A stretch of 64,000 nt of DNA. It comes from Tubiluchus corallicola (taxonomy: Eukaryota > Animalia > Priapulida). The position numbers and the translations under genes were made by a program. The notes below the pieces were generated by a model. It was given only the letters and a program-made list of their open reading frames with translations. It was not told where the DNA came from and did not search any database. Location: NCBI GenBank assembly GCA_030141605.1, contig JAQGDQ010000426.1, positions 62,001-126,000 on the forward strand, read 5' to 3'. Shown here one piece after another: positions 14,561-27,538 of the stretch (within the stretch, counting starts at the first letter, position 1; each line of letters starts with the position of its first letter).

Positions 14561-15122
14561 TAGACGTTACTAACTCGGAAATACAACTATCTGTACATTT
14601 TGGTAACCTATTCGAGCCTAATATAGGCTGTAATAATAACCTGATTACCTTTTCTTCAAGCATTGAGACCAGAAATCCTAGTGTGTTAGTGAAAACATGG
14701 ATGAAATCTAACCTGTAGACTGGGCGTGCTAATAAAGTGGTAATATTTGTGTACAATAACCCGCCAGCATAGGAGGGCGTATCTACGTTTGCCAGAGCTC
14801 TTTATTAAGAAAGAAAGCTTTTTGCAACGATATTATGGCCAACAAAAATGACATTCGGAATAAGAGATGTTAAAAGGCACAGTTATTATTATTTATTATT
14901 TATGTCTAGCATTCTTAAGTTCTTGAAAAAGCAAAATGATACCACAAGTGCAGAACGCATCATGGTAAATCACACTGAGTGATGACAACTTTATTGAGAC
15001 CCATATTTCTGTAGTTTTAGCTTGTTTAGTGTCTCCTGGCGTGAACTTCTCCCAAATACATGGTGTCATGGAACCAGGTAATATCTTAATAAGTAAAAAC
15101 ATACTTGAGGAATTCGGGAAAT

Positions 15123-16214
15123 GTAAATTTGAATATACAGAGTGGTCCAAAAAACCTTCCCCCAAACTCTAACTCGTGCCTTTCATCTTGGTTAGTACAT
15201 TTGAATATACAGAGTCGTCCAAAAAAACGTTCCCCCAAACCCTAACTCGTGCCTTTCATCTTGATTAGTACATTTGAATATACAGAGTGGTCCAAAAAAC
15301 CTTCCCCCAAACTCTAACTCGTGCCTTTCATCTTGATTAGTACATTTGAATATACAGAGTCGTCCAAAAAAACGTTCCCCCAAACCCTAACTCGTGCCTT
15401 TCATCTTGGTTAGTACATTTGAATATACAGAGTGGTCCAAAAAAACCTTCCCCCAAACTCTAACTCGTGCCTTTCATCTTGGTTAGTACATTTGAATATA
15501 CAGAGTGGTCCAAAAAAACCTTCCCCCAAACTCTAACTCGTGCCTTTCATCTTGGTTAGTACATTTGAATATACAGAGTCGTCCAAAAAAACGTTCCCCC
15601 AAACCCTAACTCGTGCCTTTCATCTTGGTTAGTACATTTGAATATACAGAGTGGTCCAAAAAACGTTCCCCCAAACCCTAACTCGTGCCTTTCATCTTGG
15701 TTAGTACATTTGAATATACAGAGTCGTCCAAAAAAACGTTCCCCCAAACCCTAACTCGTGCCTTTCATCTTGGTTAGTACATTTGAATACACAGAGTGGT
15801 CCAAAAAAACGTTCCCCACAAACCCTAACTCGTGCCTTTCATCTTGGTTAGTACATTTGAATATACAGAGTCGTCCAAAAAAACGTTCCCCCAAACCCTA
15901 ACTCGTGCCTTTCATCTTGGTTAGTACATTTGAATATACAGAGTGGTCCAAAAAAACGTTCCCCCAAACCCTAACTCGTGCCTTTCATCTTGGTTAGTAC
16001 ATTTGAATATACAGAGTGGTCCAAAAAACGTTCCCCCAAACCCTAACTCGTGCCTTTCATCTTGGTTAGTACATTTGAATATACAGAGTCGTCCAAAAAA
16101 ACGTTCCCCCAAACCCTAACTCGTGCCTTTCATCTTGGTTAGTACATTTGAATATACAGAGTGGTCCAAAAAAACCTTCCCCCAAACTCTAACTCGTGCC
16201 TTTCATCTTGGTTA
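15123..16214. repeat. ~73 bp tandem repeat, ~15 near-identical copies
   Basis: Unit GTACATTTGAATATACAGAGTGGTCCAAAAAAACGTTCCCCCAAACCCTAACTCGTGCCTTTCATCTTGGTTA; no unique spacers. Confidence 0.95.
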
Positions 16215-17705
16215 GAGGGGCATTTGTAAAAAAGCTCTACGTCGTCGTGTTGCACGGTTTCTCCTCTTTCCAAAGAGTCAGAAATTTATAAGTTACCCTT
16301 CAATACCTCACAAAGTGCCGTGGGGACATTTTTTCTACACCGTATTCCTATCAACGTGCGAAAAACATTCATTTTTTAACATTTTCACCCGCCGAACACC
16401 TTGATGAAAAAACGTCCCAAGAGCTACTGGTAGGACGTCTTGAAGGCAAGTTTAGAGCCCATTGCAAAGAGCTATCTTTTGAAGGACCTCCTTAGAAATC
16501 GGGATATACGATGATGTCTCTTTTACAAAAGCTTATACCAGAATAAAGCATTACGAGTTAATGCGGGTATATAAGATATAAGCTACGTATCGATATATAC
16601 GCTATATATTAAACGTATACGTAAACCTTATTACTGGTATAATTCAAAATCTATTTTTAAAATCAGTTTGCATGCAAGGAAAATGGAAGAAAAATATAAG
16701 TGAAAAAACGAATCTCTTGGCTGATCAGGCTATCGCTTTCACTCCCCACGTAATTGCACAATTAAAACAATAATTTATGCGCTGAAATTGAACTGTTTAG
16801 TCCGCGCCATTGAATTCAATCTATTTTTTCAGTTGATCAGCAAATAAAGTTCTGGTTTACATAAGCAAGTTTTGTTTGTTGGTTCGTGCATTGGGTGTTA
16901 TTTGATACCATGATCACTCTGAATTAATTCATTTCACCTCTATTCAATTCAACTGCACACATTGTACGTTGGGTGTTAACTGGAGTTTTCAGCTACGTGA
17001 GCAGTTTAAAGTAAAAATATTAGATAAACTAAGATGTTTCATCTTACTAGGTTAGCTTCGTCAAGCCTGGTGACCCTGTACTATTCTCTAACACTGAAAT
17101 ACTATGAGTTCAAACTGTGTAGAGCACACATACAAAACGTAATTTTACAATTCAACGGAAAATAATTTTACTAATTTTATCTTAATTTTTGTGTCATGGA
17201 TAGAAAAAATATGGTAAATAGTTTGCCTAGACATGAAATGAAATAAACCAAATAAATACAGTAATAATGATAATAATAATAATAATAATTGTTGTAGCTA
17301 CAAATGTTTTGGTCCATTACTCCTTCTCATGGTAGTATATGCATTAGAAGTCACAATATATTAGACTGTAGTTCAACAAGCTAGACTACTTTTTCTACTT
17401 TGACATTGTATAGGTGGAACTTGTTATGTACACACGTCTCTGCTACATTTAAAATTTGACTTATAATTATACTGCTACCTTTTACTGACATACTGGCTTT
17501 TTCTCGACCCAATATTGTACCAACAATGTATGCATGTATTTTAGCTTTTTAGTGTAACGTAGTAATCTGTAGCTCTTATTTTTCTAGCACTTATTTCAGT
17601 AGTTTTGTAGAGGTAGTAATAGTAGACTACAGAAAATTTGTATTTTTTGCAGAATAAACTAACATAGATATGGGAACGCAACTTTGATTTGACCGTATAC
17701 ATTAC

Positions 17706-17773
<68 letters not shown>

Positions 17774-17780
17774 TAATAAA

Positions 17781-17874
<94 letters not shown>

Positions 17875-17911
17875 GTAACAACAACAACAACAATAACAAT
17901 AATGATAATAA
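17706..17911. repeat. (AAT)n/(AAC)n microsatellite
   Basis: Direct reading. Confidence 0.97.
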
Positions 17912-18341
17912 TATTGAACTATTAATCTAATAAACAAGTTAAACAGATGCCTTCTCTGTATTATACAAGCTTATTGAAATAAAAATATTAACCATAAATT
18001 CCTTTAAGAATTATAAGATTTAATTTTTAATTTTTAAATTTTGTTTTATTCCTTAATTCAGTTCTAAAGCAACAGCATGCTTAAAATCATATTTTAAGTG
18101 TAAAGATAGGCCTATTAATTATTAGTTCACTACTGATAAAATAATTAGTATTATGTATTAAAGGTAGATAATAATGAAACTGACTCGTATCCATGCCTTA
18201 TAGAAATGCCGAATTATACTAATTTCTAAGAATAAAGAAGTTTTTGTATTAAGCATTATCGCCAAGTTAAGTCAAATTGATGATATTCATTAACTATGGA
18301 CAAGAAAATATTATCGAATGTTAAAAATTCTTTTTCGGTAA

Positions 18342-18900
18342 CTGAGTTATTTATACATGAATGAATGAATACTTGTAGCTGAGGTATTAATACACGAATG
18401 AATGAATACTTGTAGCTGAGTTATTAATACACGAATGAATGAATTCTTCTAGCTGAGTTATTAATACACGATGAACGAATACACGAATGAATGAATACTT
18501 GTAACTGAGTTATTAATACACGAATGAATGAATACTTGTAGCTGAGTTATTAATACACGAATGAATGAATACTTGTAGCTGAGTTATTAATACACGAATG
18601 AATGAATACTTGTAGCTGAGTTATTAATACACGAATGAATGAATACTTGTAGCTGAGTTATTAATACACGATGAACGAATACTTGTAGCTGAGTTATTAA
18701 TACACGAATGAATGAATACTTGTAGCTGAGTTATCAATACATGAATGAATGAATACTTCTAGCTGAGTTATTAATACACGATGAACGATTACTTGTAGCT
18801 GAGTTATTAATACACGATGAACGAATACTTGTAGCTGAGTTATCAATACACGAATGAATGAATACTTGTAGCTGAGTTATTAATACACGAATGATTGAAT
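18342..18900. repeat. 37 bp minisatellite (GAATGAATGAATACTTGTAGCTGAGTTATTAATACAC), ~15 copies
   Basis: Direct reading. Confidence 0.95.
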
Positions 18901-19688
18901 AAAAAAAAATAGATAATATATATAAATTAATGGATATGCTTTATAGACGGCATCAACTTAAACTTGTTCTTTATAATTCTGTTTTTCTGCTATGAGCCAT
19001 TCTTATAACAATTTTTATTTAACTGTTTTAATCTCGTTACGTTTAATTCATAATAAATTTGCAAATATATGCCTATCTTACGCTTTTGTGCACTAAATCT
19101 AAATAACATGTTACTGTGAGGAAGGTACTCCTATTAAATGGCCCTAAAACATTTTAATGAGGCACCAGCAGTAACTCAAGCGCAATAACAGCAACGTCAT
19201 TCGCATAAAGTATGCCATCATGCAGCGACCTAACAGGAGGTGAAAATGTGAGATTTGATTCAGGAAAAAGAAAGGACATCCGACACCAATCCTTAGTAAT
19301 ACTTTCACGTAACACTTACATCTGCTCACATGTTCACTGTATCAATTGTCGCTCACCAAAGTCAACGTACTTACATTGCAATTTGAACAGTGATTATGGA
19401 CTTTGCTTCTGATAAACTGACACACGCTGTGGGGGTCTACCGTCAGTAGTGTGGTAACACTATCGGGGAAGCATAATGAACCAAACAGCAGGTTGCGTTT
19501 ACAGAGAGACGTTTCTCTACATTTTCACCTGCGTAACCTCGTATAAAAATCTACATTCAATGGCGTTTTTTTGCCAACATTGAGGCAGGTATTGTAGATG
19601 GACCACAAAGGAGCTACAAGACATATTTATACATTTCGCGCGGTTTTATCAATATTTCAGTAACTGCGTTACGTGTAATTCTTCTCAC

Positions 19689-19997
19689 CTGTGTCATGAG
19701 TCTATCGGCTCCCGTTCCCTCCTCGTCTTTGAAAATAATCTCAGTGTTATAATTGGGCACAAGATCTTTGAATCTGGGATCATCTCGAGTGATCTTTCCC
19801 TCATACAGACCACTTGCACCAAGAGTGTTCTCCGACACATTAGGCACATGTTGCTTATAAACAAGTGGAGTTAATTTCCTGGGACTCCGTCGTTTCCAGG
19901 ACCCTCTCCCGGGTCCGCAAGGGAGTCCACAGTCAGCGAGCAGTAACAGGATAAAGGCACTGGCGTGTAGTTTTCTGAAGAACAGGCCGTTAGCCAT
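19689..19997 (-). CDS. hh: Hedgehog protein, coding exon 1 (signal peptide and first part of the Hedge domain, 103 codons)
   Basis: MANGL...[55 protein letters not shown]...[22 protein letters not shown] is unmistakably Hedgehog. A phase-0 donor CAG|GTGAGA follows MTQ, the conserved intron-1 position. Confidence 0.98.
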
Positions 19998-20379
19998 TGT
20001 AATGACATGGCAATCTGAAGGTGTAAACCTTCAGATGAGATCCGCACATCACTTTTACAGTCATCCCATTTGTAAGAAGCTACATTGCTCACTGCTCGTA
20101 GAGTCGAGGGCTGCTGAGAAAGAGGTGATCGTCTACTTTTCTTTTTCCAAACGGAAGCGGTAGCCGTTTTGTCACCGTAAAAAGAACCGCGGCCTACCGC
20201 GACAACGGTATTCTTTCATAAACATCACATTCGTTATTTTGTACACATCACCACCAAACTCGAGTTAAAAATTACAATTGGCTAATAATTAACAAGTGAA
20301 AATATTTTTTCTTTTCTCTGCATGTAACATACATTATTTCGCATGAGAGACGGATACAAAGAATAATTTTTCCACGAAT

Positions 20380-20480
20380 AACACTGAGTTTGGGTTAGTA
20401 TGGTTTGCTGCGTCTATACCTCGTTCATCTGCGCGTAGTTTGCGCTCAAAGACTTTGGTCGCGCACGTTCATTGGTTGGT
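20380..20480 (-). promoter_or_regulatory. Candidate hedgehog core promoter
   Basis: Minus strand: CCAAT (20475-20471), TATA-like TATAGA from 20418, and Inr-like TCAGT with A at 20385. Spacing (about -90, -33, +1) is canonical. Motif evidence only. Confidence 0.35.
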
Positions 20481-20926
20481 CGTTGTTTGCAGTCAGACGC
20501 CAGTTCTCAATGTGTTCCATGTAGGCAAGGCGTATAAAGCATTTGTTATATACAGCATAGGTAAACAGGCACTTTCTATGAGTGACATGCGCCTCAAGGT
20601 CCCAACATGTCCACCCCATCGACCGATATAGAACCGACACTGCAACTTTATTAAAGCAATAAAACACATAGCTGATGGTATTAATTGTATCTATAACGCT
20701 ATGGTGTTTGCCCAATTTCGCAGCCACACCAATGAGTCAGGCGGAATCGTCAGGGGCGGGATCAAAAATGTGCAACATCAGCTAGAAGGTTCTTTCACGA
20801 TGCTTCCAGCTTTAGACACAGCAAGACAATTACAATTGTGCAGGTCAACCGGTACGCAAGTGAATTTGAACTATTCGCTAGCTACCAAAATACACTGTAA
20901 AACAAACTATTCAGTGGTTAGATGCA

Positions 20927-21947
20927 AAGCTTCAATTAATTCTAGAAAATCTTAATAATTATGTTGTTATTCATTAACTACAAGTTTATTATTTTATGGT
21001 CCTATATTGAAATATAAAAAGATAGCTGTTAATATAGCCTAAGATAGCCTTAATATAGCTGTCTTAGGAAATAATGATCTGCTGAAGTTGTTATTATTCG
21101 GTAAAGATGAATTTAACTATGTTACTAACTGTAAAATATTCCAACGTATACATGACTTTATATTATGTACTAAACGCTTCCAGTAGTTTCTATCTGATAT
21201 AAAATGCATCAGTCTTAAATAATCGTGCATTAATATTTACTAACCGTCATTTTTTACTAATGTCTAATGTATCACTGTAGTAAAACTTTAGTATACTAAA
21301 GTATACTAAAAACTAATTATAGTCTATTCTTACTGCAAATGTTCTAGTAAATAGTGTATAAAGTCTGTTGTGGTGAAGATCTTAAATCATCTTGTACAAA
21401 CTGTCTGATCCAATCTTAAATAAATTATGTTTAAACTAAACTAAATATAAAAAGATGATTATAATGATTAAAATTAACCTAGTGGAGCTACTTAAAACTA
21501 GTTTGATTCACTTTTTGTTGTCATTTCTTTATGATTATGTTTTCAGTTTGACATGATTTTGTTTGCTTCATCCCAGCTTAAATCACCACTAGATTTTCTT
21601 GTGCTAACTTTAATTAAAAGGGTGGCTGATTTGCTATAGTTAGTATAGTTATAGATGCAAGTAATAAAAGCTTCAATTAATTCTAGAAAAGCTTAATAAT
21701 TATGTTGTTATTTGTTAACTACAATGTTATTATTTTATGGTCCTATGTTGAAATATGAAAAGATGATTATAATGATTAAAATTAACCTAGTGGAGATACT
21801 TAAAACTAGTGTGATTCACTTTTTGTTATCATTTCTGTTATTATTATATGTTTTCAGTTTGACATAATTTTCTTTGCTTCATCCCAGCTTAAATCATCAC
21901 TAGATTTTCTTGTGCTAACTTTAACTAAAAGGGTGGCTGATTTGCTA
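20927..21947. repeat. ~290 bp tandem duplication; the first copy is interrupted by a LINE fragment
   Basis: 20927-21023 plus 21457-21636 together match the uninterrupted 21668-21947. Confidence 0.85.
21024..21442 (+). mobile_element. 5'-truncated CR1/L2-group LINE insertion
   Basis: 14 bp TSD AAATATAAAAAGAT (21010-21023, 21443-21456). Encodes ...LLKLLLFGKDEFNYVTNCKIFQRIHDFILCTKRFQ*, a typical ORF2 C-terminus; AATAAA and (AAACT)n tail. Confidence 0.8.
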
Positions 21948-23377
21948 ACCTCTAAGGTTTTTTTTTCGTCACCATTTGTATAACGACTAATAACTTATTT
22001 TGCTATGTACTTGATTTTTTCGTGTGTTACAAGAATAATTCATTAATTTATCTGAATCTGAATTTACTAATCTTCAGTGTTTCGCTTCCATGTATAACAA
22101 ACGCCAAATGTGGCTCTTGGGTTATCGTCTTGAGCGGTTTAATTCTGTAAAATTAGTTTGTAAACTCCACAACGACCTTTTGAGATTTACTGTTTGTTAA
22201 ATAAAAAGCGACTTTAATTATAGCCGATAATTAATTTAACGTTTGAAACATTACAAGGTAACAAGGTTAATCTCGTACAAGGAGCCTCAGACTTTACAAT
22301 AAATAACAAAATAGTGTTGAAAGAGCTTTTGCTTCTCCTTTTATTATTAGTAAAGCCTATAGCTCATTCTCTACGTTAGCCACATTACTCTAATCCACAG
22401 GAAGGCTTCGAAGTGCTCTGAAAATGTTCTGAACTCAAATGGCTTCCGTATACAACCTCTATTCCTTTTTTTATTATATTATTATAATTCTTTATTTAAA
22501 ATTTAATATTAAATACGCATATACAAATATTTACATAAAATACATACAGTGACCCTCTATTTGCAGGGCATGGTTAAAAAAACTTTGTAAATAAAATAGC
22601 TGTTACATTCGTAAGACTTTTATATACAAATAAATCACGGATATACCAATAATATAAAAGAATCCTATTCCTCTATTCCTTCTGCAAACTCTTCATTATG
22701 CAGCGCGTGTCAGCATTCCCAGAATAAATGATTTGCGCTGTCAGTTCCGATTGAATCCTGAGAGTTAAGCGTCTGTCGCACCTCCCCCGCCGCTTGGGAC
22801 CCTGACAAGCTAACTGCTTGTAAGATTTGACAAATTGGGATAACACCATCAATCGCCAGGACTGATTACACCTAATGGGCTGAACACAAACTACACAGTG
22901 GCGGAAGAAATGGTAACGCAAAACAATTTTTCTTTCACTTGACGTGTCTCCTTGCTCATGGTCAAACCTCATTTCAATAGATGAATAAAAACACCATAAT
23001 TCACATTGCAAATACTGTAGCCTGTACTAAATTGTTAAGACTCTAATAAGGAGAAAGCTGACGTGATTGCTGTTGTCTGGTTGTGCCCCCAAACACCTTA
23101 ATTGCAATCTGCAGTCAGTGCTATAATCAGTGCTGTAAATTATAAACTGAAGTTCAATTCACTATTACAGCTAATAAACCTGGCTGTCTTGTAGAATCAA
23201 CACGGATTCAGAACACAGACAAAGAAAGTTGACCTGTTTTCTTAATTAAGAAATTATTTAGTCAATAAATCAAGCTTCGTTATACGTGAAAAAAAGCAAC
23301 GAAAAACCATGAAATGTAAACGATCGTTAGATGAAGTCACGTAAACTACGTAAACAAAGTAGACGTCAGAAACACAA

Positions 23378-23708
23378 TCGTCATCATCATCATCATCGTC
23401 GTCATCTTCATCGTCATCATTGTCAACATAATTATAATCATCATCATCATCATCATCATCAACATCATCGTCATCGTCATCATTGTCAACGTCATTACTG
23501 TCATCATCATCATCATCATCATCAACAACAACAACATCATCATCATCTTCATCGTCATCATTGTCAACATCATTATCATATCATATCATATCATATCATC
23601 ATCATCATTATCACCATCATCATCAGTGATGTGAAATTCATCATCATCTTCATCTTCGTCATAATAGTTATCTTCTCTTTATTTCATTTTCCTCGTCATA
23701 ATCATCAT
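23378..23708. repeat. Degenerate (CAT)n microsatellite
   Basis: Direct reading; source of the poly-H and poly-M ORFs. Confidence 0.92.
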
Positions 23709-24239
23709 CAACTTCACTTTTACGTGCTTTGGCATTTTGAAAGTCATTCCACACTGCAGAGACTACGTAACGAAAATGGTTGCGACGGTCACGACTCATG
23801 AATTTATGTAATTACTAGGGATAACAGTCTGACAAGAGACGGTAAACTAGCAGAGGTGCCAGAGGTGCCTTAGCTATGTTTGAATTGCTTCTATATCCTC
23901 ACTTAAGGAGATAAATGACCAAAAGCGATATCACAGGTCACTGGTGCTCTGGTGATACTGGTGCTTTTCTAACTAGTGAATACACTTGGCGATGCTTAAG
24001 TTCTGTCGCTAGGCAAGTACTGTAATCATCGTCACATTTGTCCAGGTTCAACTTTTGATTAAATTACTCGTATGAATGTTTCAGATTACCTAAACAAATA
24101 ACAGGTATCCAATAACCATCCCAGTTTAAGGAAACAATTACAAAGTCCTCAGCATTGTTTCGTTCTTTCAGCTTGAAGTTTGAATTGGAGGTTGCGTGTG
24201 AGTTCGTCAGACTAACTTATGATATTACCGTAACATACA

Positions 24240-24790
24240 TACGGTAACGTTTGGGATCAAGCATGGATCCATGAGGCATACCAACACGAATTGATAACTT
24301 CAACACTGTTTGCATTGAGCTGATGTCATAAGGGATTATGTGAGCTTACCATTTTAGAAAGTAGTACTCTCCAATTCCAAACTGATTGACAACTTTCGAA
24401 ATAAGATAAATGCCTAATATTGGTTATCGTGTTCCTGCAGAGACATGGTAGTTTGATCAGGAATAAAAGATTTGTGACCAAAAAATGTCGCGAGCATCAA
24501 CAGTCGAAACAATAGTGAAGTTAAGGGACCTTGGCTAGAAAAAAATGCTAATGTCCATGTCAGGCAATGGCTAGTGAGTGGTCAATGTGGTTTCAGCTGG
24601 TCATAGTGTCCTTGATTCAGGAACATCAAAGATTTTAGTATTGATAGAAAAGTATCGAAAAAATTCGTATAGAAAAAATTTTCTCTTGCTATTGACATGC
24701 TGGGAAAGTTAATGTCAAACAAGTTAACAATATTCCTTAATAATCATTTTCACCATTGGCTAGCAATAAACTTACTCTAATTATTGCTGT
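24240..24790 (-). mobile_element. Highly degenerate non-LTR reverse transcriptase relic
   Basis: The minus strand gives VGMPHGSMLDP (compare GVPQGSxLGP) near 24285-24253, preceded by an F(D)TVD-like remnant near 24505; many stops and frameshifts. Confidence 0.45.
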
Positions 24791-25859
24791 TGACAGTTTG
24801 GCACTGGGGAATAGTGTGGAAACAGTTAAGAGTTTAATAGCCTCGCAAGGTTCCAATGTGCAAACCGTCTGCTTCCCTTATTGAGCAATTACCATTAATA
24901 TTGAAGAAAGCAGCAGTGAACGACCCCAGATAAATACATGTTAATATCTAATAAACTTGATGATGCAAACCTGAGTCATTGGCTAGGAGGGCTTCGTGCC
25001 AATGTTGGGTAGTCACACCTAGCCCTATTAGGGAGCATTAGGGCCATGATTGGGGCAATTTGATTGCAAACAGTTCTATTGACTGGTTTAATCTGAGGCA
25101 TAATGACACCGATGAATAGAGCACTCTAAGCTCGGATTTTACAGCGCTCTGCTTTATGATGTTAGCTCAAGAGAATTCTTTAGGCGGCTCGTATAAACAG
25201 AAGCAAACAAGCTCGCGGTAAGAACAGGTAAACGATCCAAGTGGAGAAATTCCTTCCCCTTTAGGCAAACAGAGAACAGTGAATGTAGACCACTCTGAAG
25301 CTATTCTTCGCCACAGTTTGAACACAGCCACGTTCGCACGGTTGCAGGTAGCTTGGGCGGACCTCAGCAAGCTAATTGTTGTAAAGGTCCCCAGTGTTTT
25401 CTCAAATCTGGTACAGTTCCATAGGGTTAAGGAAGAAAAAGCTACAGTACAGTTGAGAATAACCTTCGATGCAAACGTTCTCTCAAGCATTTTTATCGAC
25501 TCTGGTTCAAATTTTGAACAGCAGTCTGCCCCCTGTGTTTAGCCATGCGATTACTGTGGTAAATGGGCTTACACCATAAACACTTACCTTATGCCTGGTC
25601 TTAAATTTCGTAGCACCTGAATTTTCAAAATGCACTCCAGCTACTCTCTTTTGCTGAACTTGCTGTAGTTATAAAAAATCTTTCTGTTCATATTTATTTG
25701 GTGAATAGTCGCTATGTCGTACATTCGTTGCCGGATTTTGTCAGTTTATTACCACATTTAAAACGGCAGAGGTTCTACACTTTGCTAAAAGTGCTTTGGG
25801 AGATTTTATATCATTACGCTGAGCCAGTGTTCGAGAATAAGACTGCAACAAAGCATTAT

Positions 25860-26104
25860 GTTTACGCTGCACAGCAGGGGTCCGACGGTCCAACCCAGGT
25901 TCGAGACCCGTTCACAACTGTTTCTTTAATAAGAAAGTAAAGTGAAATGAATTGATGTAAAATAAAGTAAAGTAAAGCAAATTAGGCCATGATTTCGGCC
26001 TGGATTAGGTGGTGCCAAGCTCGCAGTATAAACCCGGCATTTGGTTTGACAACTTGCCTTAAGCTTAGATTTTATCCTCAGCCGTAAAAATATTAATACA
26101 CTCA
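25860..26104 (+). mobile_element. Possible tRNA-derived SINE remnant whose tail runs into the (CTA)n array
   Basis: Pol III B-box-like GGTTCGAGACCC at 25898; no clear A box or cloverleaf. Confidence 0.3.
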
Positions 26105-26958
<854 letters not shown>

Positions 26959-27271
26959 CGCACGTACTCGAATCACAGCACCAGTTATATTTATAATTGG
27001 TATTTAAAGTAAATAGATGATGGAAATAAAAGAACAATGATAGCGTCTACATAATACTGTTAACTGACAAAAATTATTGACGCAGTATCTAAAATGAATG
27101 ATTAATAAACTTGCATACAGAAGATAAGATCTGAAGACATTTGATTGAAAGTTAAATTACCAAAATAATTAAAAAAGAATCGCACCAGACTCGATACCAG
27201 TGGCGGGTAAAAAGACAGCAGGTGACAGTAGTGGCAGCTGCAGGAGCAGTGGTACCGTAGTAGTAGTAGCA

Positions 27272-27360
27272 GCACCACCACCGCCTAAACCACCGCCACC
27301 ACCACCACCACTACCACCACCACCACCAACACCACCACCAACACCACCACCAACACTACT

Positions 27361-27392
<32 letters not shown>

Positions 27393-27538
27393 CGCCACCA
27401 CCAACCACCACCACTAACACCACCACCGCTACCACCACAACCACCACCACCACCAAAACCGCCGCCACCACAACCACCACTACCACCACCAACAACAAGA
27501 CCACCACCACCACTATCGCCACCGCCACCATCACCACA
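27272..27538. repeat. Degenerate (ACC)n/(ACA)n microsatellite
   Basis: Direct reading. Confidence 0.9.

Noticed and set aside
15123-16214. CRISPR-like appearance of regular arrays (also 18342-18900 and 51014-52896)
   Set aside because: Units are head-to-tail with no unique spacers, there are no cas genes, and the context is eukaryotic.
19614-19688. C-terminal 24 aa of the 127 aa hh ORF (VRRITRN...)
   Set aside because: Read-through into intron 1 past the GTGAGA donor; not Hedgehog sequence.
25167-25542. Overlapping 107 aa and 87 aa ORFs with protein-like composition
   Set aside because: No recognisable motif or splice context; adjacent to a LINE relic and possibly its decayed 5' part.
25880-25915. 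tRNA gene suggested by GGTTCGAGACCC (also a B-box on the minus strand near 34225)
   Set aside because: No cloverleaf or A box; more consistent with SINE remnants.
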